Shown here one piece after another: positions 1 through 17,524 of a DNA stretch of 64,000 nucleotides; position 1 is the first letter of the stretch; every line of letters starts with the position of its first letter. Source of the stretch: Eledone cirrhosa. Taxonomy: Eukaryota. The notes beneath the pieces were generated by a model. That model saw only the letters and a program-made list of their open reading frames with translations, did no database searches and was not told where the DNA came from. The translations under genes and the position numbers were made by a program. The stretch is taken from assembly GCA_964016885.1 (NCBI GenBank), contig CAXHJY010001456.1:1-64000 (forward strand), written 5' to 3'.

Positions 1-82
1 TGAACAAACAGAAGCACAATTTAGTATAGTTAGATCCGAACTTAGAAATATTATAGAACAGTATAGCAAGAAGCAAAATAGA

Positions 83-2278
83 ATGGAGGCCCAGCAACTG
101 GGAGAAAAATCTGCAAATGGCTTGCGTAAGCTCATGCAGCGCTCGCGTAATGGAGAGAGAGCATGCTTTCCAACAGACAAGTCTGGCAGAATGTCGGTTG
201 ACAGCCTGCCAAACTACATCCAGGCAATGCAACCCCACATCACTAACACAAGAGAAGTAACACCACAAGAGCATGAGGATAGAGAAAAAGCCCTCAATGC
301 CCAAATGGTGATGTGGACGAATATAATGCAGCCCAACAAAAGGACTGCCAACAACTTCCAGGCCTGGAACAATGACGTGTCGGCGTTGTATGGGCTTCGA
401 AAAGACCATAAAACGGGCTGTGACCCTGTCGCGGGACCACCAACACGGCCGGTCTGTGGGGCTAACATTGCTAGTAACTACAGACTGTCCTACTTGCTCT
501 CCCTGATCATACGCCCCATCATTGAAATGTCCCCAGATGTGTGTGACAGCACGGAGGACCTCCTCAGCGGAATCGGCGCGGGTAACCGATCTGGGGACCT
601 AACAAACTGCATAATAGGCAGTATGGATGTTGTGTCCCTGTATCCATCTATTGACGTGGATTTTGCTGTGGAGAAATGCGTAGAAATGATCAGCGAGAGC
701 AAGGTTGAGTTCCGTGGGATTGATACCAGTGAGCTGGGACTTCTACTTAAGCTTACCCATAGTAATAGTTACCTAGACACTTATGACCTTAGCAACCTGT
801 GCCCTACAAGACCAGCAAGAGGCAGACCACCTACCATTACCTCAATGGCCAAGAAAACCCACACAGATAGATAGAACGGGTGGACCAGAGCCATACGGAC
901 ACCCGAAAACCATGATGAACTGAAGAAAATGATTGCACATGCGGTAGGGGCCAGAATAAAATTAACCCTTAAGGAACATATGTTCAAATTTAATGGTAAA
1001 ACATATGCCCAAGAGGAAGGAGCAGCCATTGGTGTTAGCATTGCAGGCGACATAGCTAATTTATTCATGGTATGGTGGGACAGTAGACTTAAACAAAAAC
1101 TTAATGAACAATTAGAAGACAGCTTAACCCTGATAATGTACACCCGCTACGTAGATGATATAAACATCGTAGTTAAGACACCCCCACTAAAGAACAGTCA
1201 GGAACTAGAGGAAAACACAATGGAAAGCATCCAGCAAATAGCAAACTCCATCCACCAGAGCATTAGAGTTACTATAGACTACCCAAGTAGACACCCCAAC
1301 CATCGATTACCTGTACTAGACACAGAGCTCTGGTTAGATACCATTAACAACCAAAAACAAATCCTCCATTCCCATTATGCCAAACCCATGACTTCCAAAC
1401 ATCTGATCCACCGAAACTCGGCCATTTCGGACCATACCAAAATCAACATACTGATTGCGGATTTGGTACGGGTGATGAGAAATGTGTCCCGCATGTGCAA
1501 CCCCGAAGAACTAGAGAGACACATACAACACTTCATCCACCGTATGCAGTTCTCTGGCTACAATCAGAGAGATAGAATCAGAGTGTATAGAGGAGCCAGA
1601 ACCAAATGGGAAAAAATGGTAAATAATGACATAAATGGGACCTGCCCCTTGTATAGGAGCAAATTTTGGAATAGAATAGAAATAACTAGGAACAAGGCCA
1701 ATAAAATAAACTCATGGTATGATAGCAATAAATACCAGAGTGTAATGTTCATCGATACAACCCCTAGAGGCGAACTAGCCTACAAATTTAGAAGGGCCCT
1801 AAATAAACATAACCTCAATATTAAGATAGTAGAAAGACCTGGTACCTCCGTAAAAACACTTATTAGCAAGACATACCCGTTCCAAAGACCCTCATGTATA
1901 GATAAGAAATGTATAACCTGTAGAATAAGCCCCCATATTAACTGTAAAACTAGAAATGTAGTGTATAGCATAAGATGTACTGAAGGACAATGTAGAAACA
2001 AAAATATAGTGTACATAGGTGAGACAGCTCGTAGTATAGGGGAACGAATAAATGAACACTGGCGAGACCTCCAAGATAATAAAGAATCATCTGTGCTCTA
2101 CCAACATGCTAAGATAGAACACAGGGGTAGATTAGAGAGCATAGAAATAAAAATAGAATCCACGCACAGAAAAGACGCAATGTTTAGGCAAATTACAGAG
2201 GCAGTAAGCATAAAAGAATTAAAACCAAAATTAAATAGAAAATATGAGTGGAACAGCAACATCACAACTTACAATTAA
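83..2278 (+). pseudogene. PLE RT-GIY-YIG polyprotein with one nonsense codon
   Basis: The two ORFs share a frame. TAG at 872-874 corresponds to TGG (Trp) in the sister copies (TDRWNGW). Confidence 0.9.
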
Positions 2279-2555
2279 GGACAAAATGAAAACACACACA
2301 CACATAGAACAAACAACTTACAATTGAAAACACACACAAAATGAAAACACACACAGGACAAAATGTAAACACACACACACATAGAACAAACAACCAACCA
2401 ACAATAAATAAATAAACAAATAGAAAAATGAACACAAACACACACAGACACCCGGATGTGGCACATGCGCAAACTGAGCACACAACACACACACAGAAAC
2501 AAAATGGCGTAGGATAGAAGAAAGAAAAGGCACAGAAACGAAGAAAGGAATCCCC

Positions 2556-2600
2556 AGTCACTGAAGAGGTCACAGAGTGTGTGACGAAAGGACTATGACT
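2556..2600 (+). ncRNA. Minimal type I hammerhead ribozyme in the family A pLTR (other copies 36583-36627 -, 48516-48560 -, 49039-49083 +)
   Basis: AGTCA-CTGAAGA-G-GTCACA/gagtg/TGTGAC-GAA-AGGACT-A-TGACT. Stems I and II pair perfectly. Confidence 0.85.
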
Positions 2601-2843
2601 ATATATATAAACAACTATCTGGTTGTGGAACCAACCAACCAACCAGAAATTTATAAGTTTGTAGATTTGTAAATTTATAAATTTATAAATATATAATAAA
2701 TTGAAGTGAAAGCAACTGGTGCGTGTGTTTCTTATTGGCAACATGACCCTCCCAAAGTATAACAATATCGGTTTCAACACACGATTTCAGATAAAGAATC
2801 TTGCTAAACAAATTCAGAAACGAAATATCTATATATATATATA

Positions 2844-4408
<1,565 letters not shown>

Positions 4409-7362
4409 TTCTAATATATTTAGCTCTGGACATAGCTATCCACCAGTTAATTTTATTGCTCATTTTTTGTCGATTCTATTGAGTGATGAATAGCTTTTGT
4501 TTTATTTTAACATGTCTATTGAGCACTCTAATTCGATATGTGTATTTCCACATTCACTCGAATTGTTTTCGCGGATATAGGGGTCATCTCCCTTGTCTAA
4601 TGCCATGTGCGTTTTTCACTGGTAGTTGGCTCCTCTGCCGCCAGGAAAAAACTCGTTGAGAAAGTAAAACTCCGTTCCGCTTACTCTAGTAGGCTTTTAT
4701 ATTTATATGTGAGCTGATAGAGTACAGTCTAAGGATTTACAGAAACCCATGAAGCTAGATTTAACACCTGTCTAGTGGGTCCGGGTATGATTTTACATTC
4801 ATTTAAATTATTGACGTATTGTTTTATTGATATTTTTTATCTGTTTGTCCCGAATCTTCCTCTATCGATTTTAAATCGTATGGTTGATTGTAGACTTGTT
4901 CTATATAAGACGGTATTTTAACGATAGTTATAGCTCTGATTCATCTGAATTATTGAGCCCTCTGCCGCTCATATCGAATCTCGTTTATCGTGAACTCGTG
5001 CGCCGATTTTTCGATACTCGATCTTTCTAATATATTTAGCTCTGGACATAGCTATCCACCAGTTAATTTTATTGCTCATTTTTTGTCGATTCTATTGAGT
5101 GATGAATAGCTTTTGTTTTATTTTAACATGTCTATTGAGCACTCTAATTCGATATGTGTATTTCCACATTCACTCGAATTGTTTTCGCGGATATAGGGGT
5201 CATCTCCCTTGTCTAATGCCATGTGCGTTTTTCACTGGTAGTTGGCTCCTCTGCCGCCAGGAAAAAACTCGTTGAGAAAGTAAAACTCCGTTCCGCTTAC
5301 TCTAGTAGGCTTTTATATTTATATGTGAGCTGATAGAGTACAGTCTAAGGATTTACAGAAACCCATGAAGCTAGATTTAACACCTGTCTAGTGGGTCCGG
5401 GTATGATTTTACATTCATTTAAATTATTGACGTATTGTTTTATTGATATTTTTTATCTGTTTGTCCCGAATCTTCCTCTATCGATTTTAAATCGTATGGT
5501 TGATTGTAGACTTGTTCTATATGTGACGGTATTTTAACGATAGTTATAGCTCTGATTCATCTGAATTATTGAGCCCTCTGCCGCTCATATCGAATCTCGT
5601 TTATCGTGAACTCGTGCGCCGATTTTTCGATACTCGATCTTCCTAATATATTTAGCTCTGGACATAGCTATCCACCAGTTAATTTTATTGCTCATTTTTT
5701 GTCGATTCTATTGAGTGATGAATAGCTTTTGTTTTATTTTAACATGTCTATTGAGCACTCTAATTCGATATGTGTATTTCCACATTCACTCGAATTGTTT
5801 TCGCGGATATAGGGGTCATCTCCCTTGTCTAATGCCATGTGCGTTTTTCACTGGTAGTTGGCTCCTCTGCCGCCAGGAAAAAACTCGTTGAGAAAGTAAA
5901 ACTCCGTTCCGCTTACTCTAGTAGGCTTTTATATTTATATGTGAGCTGATAGAGTACAGTCTAAGGATTTACAGAAACCCATGAAGCTAGATTTAACACC
6001 TGTCTAGTGGGTCCGGGTATGATTTTACATTCATTTAAATTATTGACGTATTGTTTTATTGATATTTTTTATCTGTTTGTCCCGAATCTTCCTCTATCGA
6101 TTTTAAATCGTATGGTTGATTGTAGACTTGTTCTATATGTGACGGTATTTTAACGATAGTTATAGCTCTGATTCATCTGAATTATTGAGCCCTCTGCCGC
6201 TCATATCGAATCTCGTTTATCGTGAACTCGTGCGCCGATTTTTCGATACTCGATCTTCCTAATATATTTAGCTCTGGACATAGCTATCCACCAGTTAATT
6301 TTATTGCTCATTTTTTGTCGATTCTATTGAGTGATGAATAGCTTTTGTTTTATTTTAACATGTCTATTGAGCACTCTAATTCGATATGTGTATTTCCACA
6401 TTCACTCGAATTGTTTTCGCGGATATAGGGGTCATCTCCCTTGTCTAATGCCATGTGCGTTTTTCACTGGTAGTTGGCTCCTCTGCCGCCAGGAAAAAAC
6501 TCGTTGAGAAAGTAAAACTCCGTTCCGCTTACTCTAGTAGGCTTTTATATTTATATGTGAGCTGATAGAGTACAGTCTAAGGATTTACAGAAACCCATGA
6601 AGCTAGATTTAACACCTGTCTAGTGGGTCCGGGTATGATTTTACATTCATTTAAATTATTGACGTATTGTTTTATTGATATTTTTTATCTGTTTGTCCTG
6701 AATCTTCCTCTATCGATTTTAAATCGTATGGTTGATTGTAGACTTGTTCTATATGTGACGGTATTTTAACGATAGTTATAGCTCTGATTCATCTGAATTA
6801 TTGAGCCCTCTGCCGCTCATATCGAATCTCGTTTATCGTGAACTCGTGCGCCGATTTTTCGATACTCGATCTTCCTAATATATTTAGCTCTGGACATAGC
6901 TATCCACCAGTTAATTTTATTGCTCATTTTTTGTCGATTCTATTGAGTGATGAATAGCTTTTGTTTTATTTTAACATGTCTATTGAGCACTCTAATTCGA
7001 TATGTGTATTTCCACATTCACTCGAATTGTTTTCGCGGATATAGGGGTCATCTCCCTTGTCTAATGCCATGTGCGTTTTTCACTGGTAGTTGGCTCCTCT
7101 GCCGCCAGGAAAAAACTCGTTGAGAAAGTAAAACTCCGTTCCGCTTACTCTAGTAGGCTTTTATATTTATATGTGAGCTGATAGAGTACAGTCTAAGGAT
7201 TTACAGAAACCCATGAAGCTAGATTTAACACCTGTCTAGTGGGTCCGGGTATGATTTTACATTCATTTAAATTATTGACGTATTGTTTTATTGATATTTT
7301 TTATCTGTTTGTCCCGAATCTTCCTCTATCGATTTTAAATCGTATGGTTGATTGTAGACTTG
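4409..7362. repeat. Tandem array of a 616-bp unit, ~4.8 near-identical copies
   Basis: 'ctaatatatttagctctggac' recurs at 4411, 5027, 5643, 6259 and 6875. Confidence 0.97.
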
Positions 7363-7395
7363 AGCAAACATCACGGACACTCTATCTCAAAATTA

Positions 7396-7432
7396 TTTTT
7401 GAAAAGCATTTAGAAATGCGCAACCGGTAAAA
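7396..7432 (+). ncRNA. Hammerhead-like motif with U3-A8 core and GAAA>GCAA (probably inactive), in a fragment fused to the 616-bp array
   Basis: TTT-TTGAAAA-GCATT/taga/AATGC-GCA-ACCGGT-A-AAA. Confidence 0.55.
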
Positions 7433-7589
7433 ACTTAAAAACTTAAAACCACAACTGAATACTAACCCATACAATCACTAATACTCTTTTATTCCTAATT
7501 AAACCATTTTTCAACTGTTAACAATTTGTCAGCATTTTCTATTCCGTTTACCAATATATAATAACTTGTGTGTTACACCTCTATTCTTT

Positions 7590-7728
<139 letters not shown>

Positions 7729-7930
7729 ATATGTATATATGTCTCATTGTTTATTCATTATTTGTTTAATATTTTATCTTGACTCTGTATACCGTTTATC
7801 TTTCACCGAATGTGATTTTTCATTACATCTCTTCTTTCCATGATATCCGGAATACATTGAGTTCTTCATACGGATTGGACACTACCGTAAACTCTTGGTA
7901 GATTTATCTATATATTTATATATATATATT

Positions 7931-8083
<153 letters not shown>

Positions 8084-8086
8084 ATT

Positions 8087-8117
<31 letters not shown>

Positions 8118-8164
8118 ATATATATTTCTATATATATATATATATAAATATATATATATAAATA

Positions 8165-9552
8165 TACAATATTAAATAAATGGAAACTATATTTATAAAA
8201 CCATATTTATTTCATTATATATATTTCAGGGATATCATATTAACAATATGCTATGCCTTCCTCAGACAAAATACAATATAAACAGTTTTATAGATAAATA
8301 GATTCGACATACCGTAACATCTACTTGCATTTGAGAAGGTTGATTTGGTAGTGACAAAATTGTACACAAAGAGAAAGAAAGAGAGAGAGAAAGAGAGAAA
8401 AAGAGAGAAAAAAGGAAAGAAAGACAGAAAACGAAGAAAAAGAAAAAGAAGAAATGCATGGAACAAAATAGAGAGATGGAAAGATAGATAAAGAGAAGAA
8501 CTTCATGTAAAGAAACAGAAAGAGATATATATATATATAGACAGAGAGGAAATAGAGATAGATAGATATATATAGAAAGCTAGGTAGTGGGACGACTGTT
8601 GAATAACGTATCAATGATACATTTATTTATTTATTTATTTATTTAGCTCTAGTATTAATGTAAGGGAGATATATGGAGGGAGAACCAGCTGTTATATAGG
8701 GAGAGAAAAAAAATATAGAGAGAGAAAAAAAGAGAGAGAAAAAAAACCAGACACATGCGAGGCGTAAAAAACCTCTGTTTTAATATAGAGGTATTAGTAT
8801 TTACAAAACCAGCCTCTACATTGTAAATATCAGTATTCCTGAATGAGATATGTATCCACAATGTGTGAAAATTAATGATCTTATGTTTAGTTTTTTAAAA
8901 AATTCATATGTTTATGTGATAATTACAAACATCTATGTGAATGTACATGATCAATTCTGCAAACCTTAAGTTCACGGAAAGTATTCTCAATGTGGTATAA
9001 AAATGTAAGTATACATAGATGTGTATATAGAGTCAATATTACTATTTCAGTCTATCAAGCAAAGATAGAGCAGATTTCAATATACTAATAAAAATAAAAA
9101 TAAAAATATATCGGAAACAAAACTAAAAATAACAATAATAATAATAAGTAATAATAAAATAGAAAACTAAGAAATATTACGAAAGAATATTACATATTAA
9201 AAATATTAAAAATATTACATATTAAAAAATTTACATATTAAGAATATTAAAAATAAAAATTAGGAAATACTACAATAATAAAAATAAAATAAACCACAAA
9301 GATCAACCCTTCAAAATTAATTGACAATATATTGCCAAGTTCATTATAAACATCAGAGTCGAAAAACAGATAAAGCCAAAAATTATCTATCAAATCACAT
9401 CTAGTAAAGATCATTTCAAAAAGTATAGGATGCCCAATTTGGTCTACATGTGTTCTTATATTTAATATAGAAGTTTATCTAGTGTAACGTTTATTCGAAA
9501 TATTTGGAGCATCAACTTTTAGGATAGCTTAATTTTTCATGAAGAATGTTTT
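8165..9552 (-). mobile_element. Non-coding pLTR-like element, family E
   Basis: The terminal ~150 bp is shared with 34096-34250, 35790-35938, 47731-48047 and 57670-57970, and carries an HHR. Confidence 0.7.
8208..8273 (-). ncRNA. Hammerhead ribozyme, family E (other copies 34137-34202 -, 35831-35896 +, 47772-47837 -, 47941-48006 +, 57865-57929 +)
   Basis: TATTTTGT-CTGAGGA-AGG..CATATT/gtt/AATATG..CCT-GAA-ATATATAT-A-ATGAAATA. Copies show a G.U to G-C change in stem I and a re-paired stem II (ATACCA/TGGTAT). Confidence 0.82.
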
Positions 9553-10206
9553 ATGGGATCATCCGACATTACTATGGGATCATCCGACTCAGCCCAGGTA
9601 ACTGACCTTGTGGGTTTATTTTTAATCAATTCGCTACATAGGAAAATACCCGGTACTACCGGAGGTTTATATAGAGACGACATGCTTTTACTTATTGATA
9701 ATAATAACTCTGAACTAAATAGAAAATGTAAACAAATTACACAATTTTTTAATTATTTTAATCTTAAAATAGAAATTGTAAACAACCATAGAATAGTCAA
9801 TTTCCTAGATATAACATTAAATCTCAACACATGTCTTCACTATCCTTTTCACAAGTTGAATGAAAACTTAAACTATGTAAACTTTAACTCTAACCACCCC
9901 AGATCTGTCAAAAACACTATAGTAAACTCTGTCCAAAAACGTATCTCTAGGATCTCGTCGAATAGAAAGATTTTCGACGAAAAAGCCCAATACTACAATG
10001 AAGCATTAGCTAGAGCAGGATATGCTGATAAGATTGTGTACATAGATAATGATAGACAAACTAAACAAAGTAACAACTTTTTTAATTACGGCAACATCCT
10101 TAACAACTATAATAGAAAGCATTACAATAATTCCAAAGGACAAAAAAGAAATAGAACTAGGAACATAATTTGGTTTGCCCCCCCCCCCCTTCTCACTAAA
10201 CATTAA
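9553..10206 (+). pseudogene. PLE reverse transcriptase fragment (related to family G)
   Basis: ITMGSSDS, GLYRDD, VNFLDITLNL, SNHP and NIIWF align by eye with ORF 31250-32998. Confidence 0.88.
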
Positions 10207-10468
10207 AACCCACATCGCTAAACTATTTTTAAGGTCAGATTTAGCAATAGCCACTGACCAGCAGCTGGCTATTGCTAAATCTGACCTTTATAAAATAACC
10301 CACACCCCAAATAACTTCTCATTCACTACCAGAAAGGGACACAGCAGTCAACCTGTTGTTGCTACCTAGATGAAAACTGCTATGAAATCCCACAATGAAT
10401 TTTATACTTGAATTTTCAAGTCTCAAATTTTAACTCTTCGTATTATTAATTTTTCTTAATATTAATCA

Positions 10469-10513
10469 ACATTTGAAAAGATGGCTTTTGCAGACCCATC
10501 GAAACCGGTCATT
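10469..10513 (+). ncRNA. Hammerhead motif with U3-A8 core downstream of the RT fragment
   Basis: AT-TTGAAAA-GATGG/cttttgcagac/CCATC-GAA-ACCGGT-C-AT. Stem I is weak. Confidence 0.62.
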
Positions 10514-10721
10514 TTTTATACCCTTTATTATCTCCTTGCCTTATAAAATTATGTTTTTTCACAAAAAAGTATTCTGTCTCTTATATATTCCATGTGCCAT
10601 TACCAACCTCAATTTTCTCTATATATATATATATATATTTATATATATTTATATATATATATATTTATATATATTTATATATATATATATATTTATATAT
10701 ATTTATAAATATATATATATA

Positions 10722-10764
<43 letters not shown>

Positions 10765-10819
10765 TTATATATATATATATATTTATATATATTTATATAT
10801 ATATATTTATATATATATA

Positions 10820-11409
10820 TGTTGTCCACTGTGGTCTCCCCACACGAAACAAAGTATCATGAAACTTGAAGCTCCTCAAAGGGCAATCACGAAAAAGATA
10901 GATGGCATGTCAGACCTTGACTACTGGGGTCGATTGGAAAACCTGAAACTTTACTCACTCCAACGTCGCCGTGAGCGTTATATTATCTGCATGATGTGGA
11001 AAATGTTCCATCATCACTGCCCAAATGATGTTGGCATCGCCTTCAAGATACACCCAAGGCTTGGGCCCCGTGCTATCCGTCCCATTCAAAAATCTAAATC
11101 GCAAATCATAACAACAATACGGCACAATTATTTCACCTCAATCGGCCCTGCTCTCTTCAACATCACACCAGGACACGTCAAAACAGAAACTGACCACACA
11201 AAATTCAAGAGGTCTTTGGACAAATTCCTCCAAGTAATCCCGGACAAACCACCGACACCCGGATATGTCTCCGCAAACAGTAATTCTCTTCTCGAATGGG
11301 CCATGGTGCCCAAATCCTGAATTGAAAGACTTCGCCAGGTGGTGCTATTAAGTTAGACATGGCCTGGGCCAATACTGGCCAAAACATTTCAAAGTTATTC
11401 AAAGTTATA
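10820..11409 (+). mobile_element. 5'-truncated copy of the CR1-group LINE, inside (TA)n
   Basis: Nearly identical to ~15273-15860, with the same 3' end (TTCAAAGTTA)x2. Confidence 0.93.
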
Positions 11410-13357
<1,948 letters not shown>

Positions 13358-15772
13358 ATGGATGATTTCTTCCTATCCCAACTAGTGCTCGAACCAACGA
13401 GGTGCCACAAAAACGTCCTAGACTTAATTTTCAGCAATCACACTGACAATATCCACAATATTGCAGTGGAGAAAACTCTACTCTCTGATCATGACATGGT
13501 TCTCTGTGATCTGAGATTCCACCGTCCAATATACAAACCCAATGTCATTTCTCCTGTCCATCCGTTTGACGCTATGGATTTCCACAATGCAAACTGGGAA
13601 GCGATCAGTCATGATCTTGCACATGTCGACTGGTCCTTCACGCACACTCATACACCCACTAACATCAAAAAGTCCTGGCAGACATTTGTGGACACTGTTA
13701 CAAACATATGTGCTAAACACACCCCATTAAGAACTATAAACAAATCTAAGAGCAGAATCCCTAGAAATAGATAAACGCTCATCAGAAAAATTAAGAGAAC
13801 GAACAAAAAAATCAAGAATCTGAAATACTGTCAGCAGCAACACATCAACTTGACTGCCATTTCATCACTAGAGATTAAAAAACATAACCTCCAAAACAAC
13901 ATAATGTCCCTCATCAACAATCAGAGAAGAGCTGAAGAGGCCTGGGCCATTGAGAAGATCAAACTCAATCCCAAAGTGTTCTTTTCATTTGCAAAAAAAC
14001 ACAAAATCACTGGCTCTACTGTTGGCCCTCTAATTGATGAAAATGGCACTCTTCAAGACAATGCTAAAACCATGGGTGAGATACTGCAGAAACAATACTG
14101 CTCTGTTTTCAGCAATCCTAATATGGCCGATCTGGGCTGTATCGGCGATGTTACTCCCCATTACACCTTATCGGACATAACGTTTGGCGCCCCTGATGTC
14201 TTGGCGGCAATAAAGGAAATCAAGCATAATTCAGCAGTAGGTCCCGATAGGTTCCCTGCTTGTGTCTTGAAGGCGTGTCAACACCAACTTGCATCTCCTC
14301 TTGCCAATCTGTCGCGGAACTCACTGGATGCTGGATATGTGCCAGAAAACCTTCTATCCCAGTCTGTTGTCCCAGTTTTCAAAAAGGGAAACAAATCCCT
14401 TGCCGTGAATTACCGTCCAATCTCACTCACCTCTCATATCATTAAGGTATTTGAGCGAGTGGTGAGATCGCGAATGACCCACTTCCTTGAGAGTAACAAT
14501 ATGCTGAACTCCAACCAGCATGGATTCCGTAATGGAAGGGATTGCCTGACGCAGCTACTGCATCACTTTGATGACATTTTGAGAGCCTTGGGAGAGGGTT
14601 CCAACACTGATGTTATCTACCTTGATTTCAGCAAGGCCTTTTACAGGGTTGATCATAACATTCTACTGCGAAAGCTGTCCAATATTGGTGTCACTGGAAA
14701 GCTGCTGCAGTGGATCAAGAGCTTCCTGTCAAACAGAACCCAACATGTTGTAGTTGAGGGAGTCAAATCAAGCCCAGCCAAAGTCAGTAGTGGGGTCCCA
14801 CAAGGCACTGTGTTGGGCCCACTTCTCTTCATCATCTATATTAATGACATCACTGACATCATCAAACACAGCAACATGAAAATTTTCGCTGATGATTCCA
14901 AGCTCCAAAAGGCCATCAATGGCGTGGATGACCGGATAAGCCTTCAGTCAGACATACTGGCTGTTACCCAATGGGCAGAAAAGAACAACATGTTACTGAA
15001 CGAAGACAAATTCGAACTGATCCACTTTGGAAAAGAGGATGCTCTGAAACTCCCGTACTCCCTTCCCTCCGGGGAAACTCTCGTGGCATCTAACAACATC
15101 AGAGACTTGGGAGTAACCGTGGACAGCAACATAAGCTGGACCACGCATATAAGCAGCAAAGTTGACATGGCCCGCAGAATGTGTTCCTGGATCCTCAGAA
15201 CCTTCCAGTCGAGAGATTCCCGCACCATTATCCTTCTCTTCTCTACTTTCGCCCGACCACACCTTGAATACTGTTGTCCACTGTGGTCTCCCCACACGAA
15301 ACAAAGTATCATGAAACTTGAAGCTCCTCAAAGGGCAATCACGAAAAAGATAGATGGCATGTCAGACCTTGACTACTGGGGTCGATTGGAAAACCTGAAA
15401 CTTTACTCACTCCAACGTCGCCGTGAGCGTTATATTATCTGCATGATGTGGAAAATGTTCCATCATCACTGCCCAAATGATGTTGGCATCGCCTTCAAGA
15501 TACACCCAAGGCTTGGGCCCCGTGCTATCCGTCCCATTCAAAAATCTAAATCGCAACTCATAACAACAATACGGCACAATTATTTCACCTCAATCGGCCC
15601 TGCTCTCTTCAACATCACACCAGGACACGTCAAAACAGAAACTGACCACACAAAATTCAAGAAGTCTTTGGACAAATTCCTCCAAGTAATCCCGGACAAA
15701 CCACCCACACCCGGATATGTCTCCGCAAACAGTAATTCTCTTCTCGAATGGGCCATGGTGCCCAAATCCTGA
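13358..15772 (+). pseudogene. LINE ORF2 (partial APE plus RT) with an in-frame TAA at 13772
   Basis: ORFs 13358-13774 and 13850-15772 share a frame. KAFYRV replaces the usual KAFD.V. Confidence 0.88.
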
Positions 15773-15856
15773 ATTGAAAGACTTCGCCAGGTGGTGCTAT
15801 TAAGTTAGACATGGCCTGGGCCAATACTGGCCAAAACATTTCAAAGTTATTCAAAG

Positions 15857-15860
<4 letters not shown>
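13358..15860 (+). mobile_element. Non-LTR retrotransposon (CR1/L2-group LINE), 5'-truncated within the APE endonuclease
   Basis: APE C-terminus (PTR..LDLIFSN..SDH) and RT motifs NYRPISLTS, QHGF, YLDFSKAF, GVPQGTVLGP, FADD, DLGV, RPHLEY. Short 3'UTR with a stem-loop and a tandem-repeat tail. Confidence 0.93.
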
Positions 15861-15898
<38 letters not shown>

Positions 15899-16283
15899 TT
15901 ATATATATATTTAATTATATATTTATATATATATTTATTTATATATATATTTATATATATTTATATATATATTTATATATATATATTTATATATATATAT
16001 ATTTATATATATTTATATATATATTTATATATATTTATATATATATTTATATATATATTTATATATATATATATTTATATATATATATATTCATATATAT
16101 TTATATATATATATATTTATATATATTTATATATATATTTATATATATATATATTTATATATATATTTATATATATTTATATATATATATATTTATATAT
16201 ATATTTATATATATATTTATATATATTTATATATATATATATTTATATATATATTTATATATATATATATTTATATATATATT

Positions 16284-16417
<134 letters not shown>

Positions 16418-16516
16418 AAGTAATTCCATCGGAAAAGTCCAGGAAAAAAGAGTGCTCTATGTAAGCAACAGAGCTTAATTATTATTATTATGTAATAAAC
16501 AACATAAGGCAATTAT

Positions 16517-16574
16517 TCCATTTACCAGTGGTTTCTTAAAAGCAAAAGGTTTTGCTTTCAATCCTCAGAATGAA
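16517..16574 (-). ncRNA. Canonical type I hammerhead in a short non-coding element (~16414-16683); decayed paralog at 17985-18042 -
   Basis: TTCATT-CTGAGGA-TTGAAAGCAAA/acct/TTTGCTTTTAA-GAA-ACCACTGGT-A-AATGGA. Confidence 0.85.
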
Positions 16575-16683
16575 AAATCCTGGTTTGTTTATTGAATATG
16601 GATTCTAAAAACAAAAATGCAATCTATATGAAAGTGAGGCTGGAAAAGGGAGAAGGAAAGGAAAATTAAAATAAAATAAAACT

Positions 16684-16782
16684 ACACATGCAAACACACA
16701 CAAAAAAACACAAAAGCATACTTACACACACACACATATATACACATATAATTTGCACGCATACACATATACACATACACAC

Positions 16783-16841
<59 letters not shown>

Positions 16842-16900
16842 AGCGTACACCTACACACACATACACATATATACACACATATACACATACATATATTCAT

Positions 16901-16953
<53 letters not shown>

Positions 16954-17466
16954 TACACACACACATATATATACACATGTACATATCCATACATATATAC
17001 ATATATATATATACACATACATATACACACATATACACATATACATACACACACACACACACATGTGTGTGTACAAGCCTACACATACACACACACATAT
17101 ATATACACACACATATACATACATTCACACAAACATACAACGTACATACATACACATACATGAATGCACTCCACTACATATTAACACACGCAAATAAATA
17201 TAAGAAAAAAATATATATAAATAATATTAACAAATATTTGACAGCGATACATGCCCCAGCTAACAGGACAGACACGCGTGGTAAGTAATACACACATAAG
17301 CACATATACATACGTTCGAAATAGTAAACACATACACACACTCTCACACATAAATATACATATACAAATACATAAACACGTACATACACATACATACGCA
17401 AACACGTACACGTATACAATATAAACACACACATATGTATATGTAATTATATACACACACACACAC

Positions 17467-17524
<58 letters not shown>

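Larger units (their letters stand above)
1..2828 (+). mobile_element. Penelope-like retrotransposon, family A (runs off the window's left edge), with pLTR and short tail ending in (TA)n
   Basis: ORFs 83-874 and 929-2278 carry PTDKSG, DVVSLYP, GAAIG, YVDD, LPVLD, a Cys-rich linker and VVYSIRC..YIGET..EAVSI..LN (GIY-YIG). Near-identical copies lie at 36367-42297. Confidence 0.93.

Noticed and set aside
4481-4528. SECIS or kink-turn-like hairpin GAGTG-ATGA-ATAG..CTAT-TGA-G-CACTC in the 616-bp unit
   Set aside because: The upper helix is short and irregular and lacks an unpaired apical AA. No upstream UGA-containing ORF exists. It remains only a possible K-turn.
4618-4672. HDV-like ribozyme (GGC-TCCTCT-GCC resembling P3/L3)
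   Set aside because: There is no proper 7-bp P1 and no catalytic C in a J4/2 position. A simple hairpin explains it better.
7741-7910. 170-bp unique island between (TA)n tracts with a hairpin (GAGTT..TACGG/CCGTA-AACTC)
   Set aside because: There is no HHR core, no ORF and no second copy in the window, so I cannot assign it.
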